A stretch of DNA of 64,000 bases from Eledone cirrhosa (taxonomy: Eukaryota). A model generated the notes under the pieces. The model ran no database searches and had not been told where the DNA came from. It worked only from the letters and a program-made list of their open reading frames with translations. Each line of letters opens with the position of its first letter. Positions within the stretch are counted from its first letter, which is position 1. The stretch is from assembly GCA_964016885.1 (NCBI GenBank), contig OZ024743.1:237336001-237400000 (forward strand), read 5' to 3'. The position numbers and the translations under genes were made by a program. Of the stretch, positions 59,868 through 64,000 are shown in pieces.

Positions 59868-62800
59868 CATCATCATCATCATCATCAACGTTTAACGTCC
59901 GTGTTCCACGCTTGCATGGGTTTGGACGGGGGTAGTCCCACTTGAGGCAAGAGTGATTGTCTTGCTCGCATAGGACTGTCTGGCAGGTTTTCTACAGTTG
60001 GATGCCCTTCCTAACACCAACCACATTTACAGTGTGGGTCTGGGAGGTTTTTACCGTGTTGCCTACACGGCCACATTACAGCGTGGACTGTGTGTTTTTT
60101 TGTCGTGACACCTACACGATCTCATTTGTTTCGGCCTGGATGGCGCGGCACCAACATAACTTTACATAGAACGGGTGGTGTGGATGGGGTGGGGGTGGTG
60201 GCGGGACGGGGTGTATTTTGTTAGAGATGCCTACTGGCAAGGCGGGTCTTCTCTGTTACTGAGTACCGCCAAAGGTCTCGGTCCAGTGACATTGTCTTGG
60301 AGAGGTGTAAGTGTGTGAGGTCGGAGTTTATCAGCTCATCCCAGGTTTTTCTAGGTCTGCCTATTCCGTGGCTACCGTCTATCTTTATTGCCCTGCACTT
60401 TGTTATACAGCTATCGACTTTCATGCGCATCACGTGTCCATACCAACGTAGCCTTCTCTCGAGTAAACAACATCTGATCCCTCTTATCTCTAATTTTTTC
60501 CTTAGTTCGTTTATGCTTTGCCGTTCACGTATATTACTGTTACACATCCAGCGGAGCATGCAAGCTTCGTTCCTCTCTAGTCTGCGTATATCCTCTGCAC
60601 ACAATGCCCAGGTCTCACTGCCATGCAACATTGCTGTTCGTATGCAGGCATCGTACAACCTGCCTTTCATTTTTAGGGAGAACCCTTTAGCAGCTAATAG
60701 TGGTATAAGCTCTCTGAACTTTTTCCAACCAGTTCTGACTCTAGCTACAGTACTTTCAGAGCACCCTCCCCCACTGCTGATTTTATCGCCCAGGTAACGG
60801 AAGCTGTCCACTATTTCTATAGAACCCTCTGCGCAATTGAAAGAGCTAGTATTTTGTGGGCACTTGCTGCTACTTATTGCACCAGAACACCGGCCACATG
60901 TAAAATCTATGTTCTTAGTTAGCTTACCTGTGATCCCACTACATCTTTTATGCACCCATACTTTGCATTTAGGACATAAAATGGAGTTTCTACCTACGCC
61001 TTTCCTACACACCGAGCACGACCATTTCCCAGAAGGGACCGCCGCCTTGTTTTCTTTCCTACAAACTAGAACTTTGGTCTTAGCCAGGTTAATTTTAAGT
61101 CCTTTTGACTCTAGGCCGTACTTCCATGTTTGGAATTTCTTCTCTAGCTCGGCCATTGATTCCGCTATGAGTGTCAGGTCGTCTGCGTATAGGAGTTCCC
61201 ATGAGCAGCCTGTCTTGAACTCCTATGTTATAGCCTGAAGGGCAATAATAAATAGTAGGGGGCTGAGAACAGAGCCCTGATGGACGCCAACTTTTACGCT
61301 AAACTCTTCACTATATTCGTTGTTAATTCTAACCTTGCTGACTGTTTCTTTATACATGGCTTGTATAGCCCTCACAAGCCATTCGTCAACGCCTAGTTTT
61401 CTAAGAGCCCACCAGATAATGGAGCGGGGGACTCTGTCGAAGGCTTTCTCCAGGTCGACAAAAGCTAAGTAGAGGGGTTTACCTTTAGTTAGGTACTTCT
61501 CCTGTAGTTGTCGTACTATGAAAAGAGCGTCTGTGGTACTTTTGTCTGACACAAACCCGAACTGCATTTCATCTAGGTCAATTCTCTCTCTGATTAGTTG
61601 CGCTATTACTTTTTCCGTGACCTTCATGACCTGGTCGATTAATTTAATGCCTCTATAGTTACTCCTATCTAGGGCGTCTCCTTTACCCTTATAACAGTTA
61701 ACGATGATGCTGCTATGCCAGTCCTTCGGAACAACCCCATTCTGTACGACTTGGTTAACTATGCGGGTGACCATGGTGCGTCCCACCGTGCCAGATGCCT
61801 TCAGCATCTCAGCAACTATTTCCGAAGGCCCAGCTGCCTTACCCGTCTTCATATCCTTGATTGCCTTACTTATTATACTCCCCTCGACTAACACTGCTGG
61901 TCCCTCTATTGGGTCGATATGGGGGAGACTGTCTTTCTCCCATTTATTCTCCTCATTTAGTAGCCTTTCATAGTGACACTTCCAAGCTACCTTCTTATCA
62001 GTGTCGGTGATGGCAAGTATGCCATCATCGTTAAGTACACACTTCTCCCCGACAATATCACGGTTTTCCTTGACGCATTGCCTAGCAATCCTGAACACCT
62101 CACGTTTTTGGTCATCGCGTTGTAGAACATGCTTGAACTTTCTTTCCTCAGCTTCCCTTTTTGCTAAGTACACTTCTCTCCTAGCTTCCCTCCTGGCCAC
62201 TTGATAGTCTACTCTACTTCCCCCATCCCGCCATACTTTCCAAGCCTGCTTTTTGGCCTTAATTGACCCCTCCACCTTACTGTTCCACCACCATGTTACT
62301 CTCCTCCTGCCTACAGGCCTGCTCCAGCCACAGACTTCGTCTGTCGCCAACAGCAGGTTTGCTTTCAGAAATTCCCACTGTCCCTCTATATTGTCCGATT
62401 CTAGATGCTCTTCCTTACTGTCGAAAGCATCAAGTAATATGCTTTGAAATTTATTTCTGGCTGTGGGGTCCTTTAGCTTCCATATTTTCCTCCTGAGGAT
62501 AGTCCTCTTCTGCTGTCGAGTACGTCTCGTCCTGACTATGAGGTCGCTAATTATCAGTCTATGTTGGGAGGTGCATTCTTCATGGGGGAGGGATTTAGTG
62601 TTTACAACAGACACTCTGTCACGTCTTCTGGTAAGGATATAATCTACCTGGCTTGTGTGTTCCCCGGATCTATAGGTGATCAGGTGATTGTCACGTTTTT
62701 TGAAGTTAGTGTTACAGATAGTTAGGTTATTTGCATCACAGAATTCCAGGATTCTGGAGCCTTCCTCATTTTTAGTACCAAACCCATAGCCTCCATGAAT

Positions 62801-63742
62801 TTCGTCGTAGCCGTCACAATGTTGTCCAACGTGACCATTTAGGTCGCCTGCAATAATTATATAGTCACTGTCGGTTATTTGGGAGGTAGTGAGCATCAGT
62901 ATCTCATAGAATCTGTCTTTTATAGTGCCGGGCAGTCCGGATTGGGGTGCGTACGCAGATATTACTGTCACCGTAGTTCTATTGAGGACAAGTCGTATTT
63001 TAATTATTCTGTCGTTCACTCTTTTTACGTCTATTATCTTATCTGCCCACTTTTCTGCTACCATGATTCCTACTCCACCCAGCCCATCGTCGTTTCCCAC
63101 CCAGAAAAGCTTATAACATCGTTTTTTACCCTCAATGAATCTAGCAGACCCACCCCTCCACCTGGTCTCTTGAATACAACAAACATCGACCTCCTTACAT
63201 TCAAGCATTTCTACAACCTCGTTAGCGCGACCCTTTAGGGTGCCTACATTTATGGTACCAACTCTGAAGTTTTGGGTTGCGTTTGGAGGGTGGTGGGGGG
63301 CGGGGGGAGATAGGGTTATGTTAGCCATCCGCGGACGAAACAAAGAGGAGTGCTCGCATTCTCGTCCACGAGGTGAATTTGACTTTAACTTTGGCATTTT
63401 CGCTCTGAGCGTCCAGATTTTTCTCTCCCTTCCACTCTCCAGGATTCCGCAGTCCGTCCGTCCATCCATCCATCCATCATATATCGAAGGCAACCGGGCA
63501 AGCGATAGTATAGGCCTCTGGCTTCTGATTGGTCCGCGTAATAATAATAATGGTGATGCGTGGGGGGGGGGGGTCTGGCTTATAATAATAATGGTGATGT
63601 GTGTGTGGGGGGGGGGCTCTGGCTTATGATTGGTCCACGTATTAAGAATGGTGGTGTGTGGGGCGGGTGGGAGGGGTATGGGGTAGCTAGCTGGAAGGTT
63701 ATGAATGTTTAACAAGCGATTTAACAAAAAGCAAAACTGCAA
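59868..63742 (-). mobile_element. Near-full-length RTE-clade LINE, antisense in a DDX11 intron; the 5' end may extend to ~63970
   Basis: Single ORF with APE (GTINVGTL, CCIQETRW, SAYAPQ, GDLNGHVG, QVDYIL, SQHRL) and RT (NYRGIKL, FVDLEKAFD, QGSVLSP, YADD); 3' UTR and (TGA)n tail. Confidence 0.96.
60221..63397 (-). pseudogene. RTE APE-RT polyprotein with PHD insert; single in-frame TAG at 61223-61225
   Basis: The 839-aa and 311-aa ORF-track entries share a frame. The 66 nt between them encode EFKTGCSWELLYADDLTLIAES. The start Met is assumed. Confidence 0.9.
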
Positions 63743-64000
63743 GATTTGTTCTGTTCAATACGACAAAAACACCGTATTTAAACCTTAAATAAATAACAAA
63801 AAATACAGATTTCGGATTTTGCGAGATTGGATGTTTGGACTATGTACGAAATTGAGCGTGGAGTAGATAGAGAAAAATTTTGTACGTTACGATTACATAG
63901 GTACACCGTAGTAGGAATAATTGAAGCAGCGATGGATTGGCGAAAGTGAATAAACATGAAGGAGAACTTATCTTATATATATATATATATATATGTGTGT

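Noticed and set aside
63398-63742. N-terminal 115 aa of the 839-aa ORF
   Set aside because: It has a non-ATG start and low-complexity sequence with two CCAAT boxes, so it is more likely the LINE 5' UTR or internal promoter.

Overview
Eukaryotic, AT-rich DNA dense in repeats and microsatellites. The SINE, LINE and microsatellite content suggests a coleoid cephalopod (octopus-like); this is an inference. The only host protein-coding gene I can support is the 5' half of a DDX11/ChlR1 Fe-S helicase on the + strand. It has 14 coding exons from 20935 to 52473 with GT-AG boundaries, consistent phases and 492 codons, and it continues beyond the window. The rest is transposon-derived or tandem repeat: a near-full-length RTE LINE with a PHD finger inside its RT domain plus a truncated sister copy; a second RTE LINE with a twin-priming-type 5' inversion; CR1- and CRE-clade fragments; Tc1, piggyBac, Merlin and Helitron elements; a solo LTR; many tRNA-SINEs; and minisatellites seeded from TE fragments. 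The most notable hidden signal is a set of minimal type I hammerhead ribozymes from several unrelated non-coding elements next to (TA)n tracts. One of these is a 522-nt ribozyme-to-ribozyme repeat that resembles a retrozyme. Most ORFs in the supplied track are low-complexity artefacts. All alignments and folds were done by eye.
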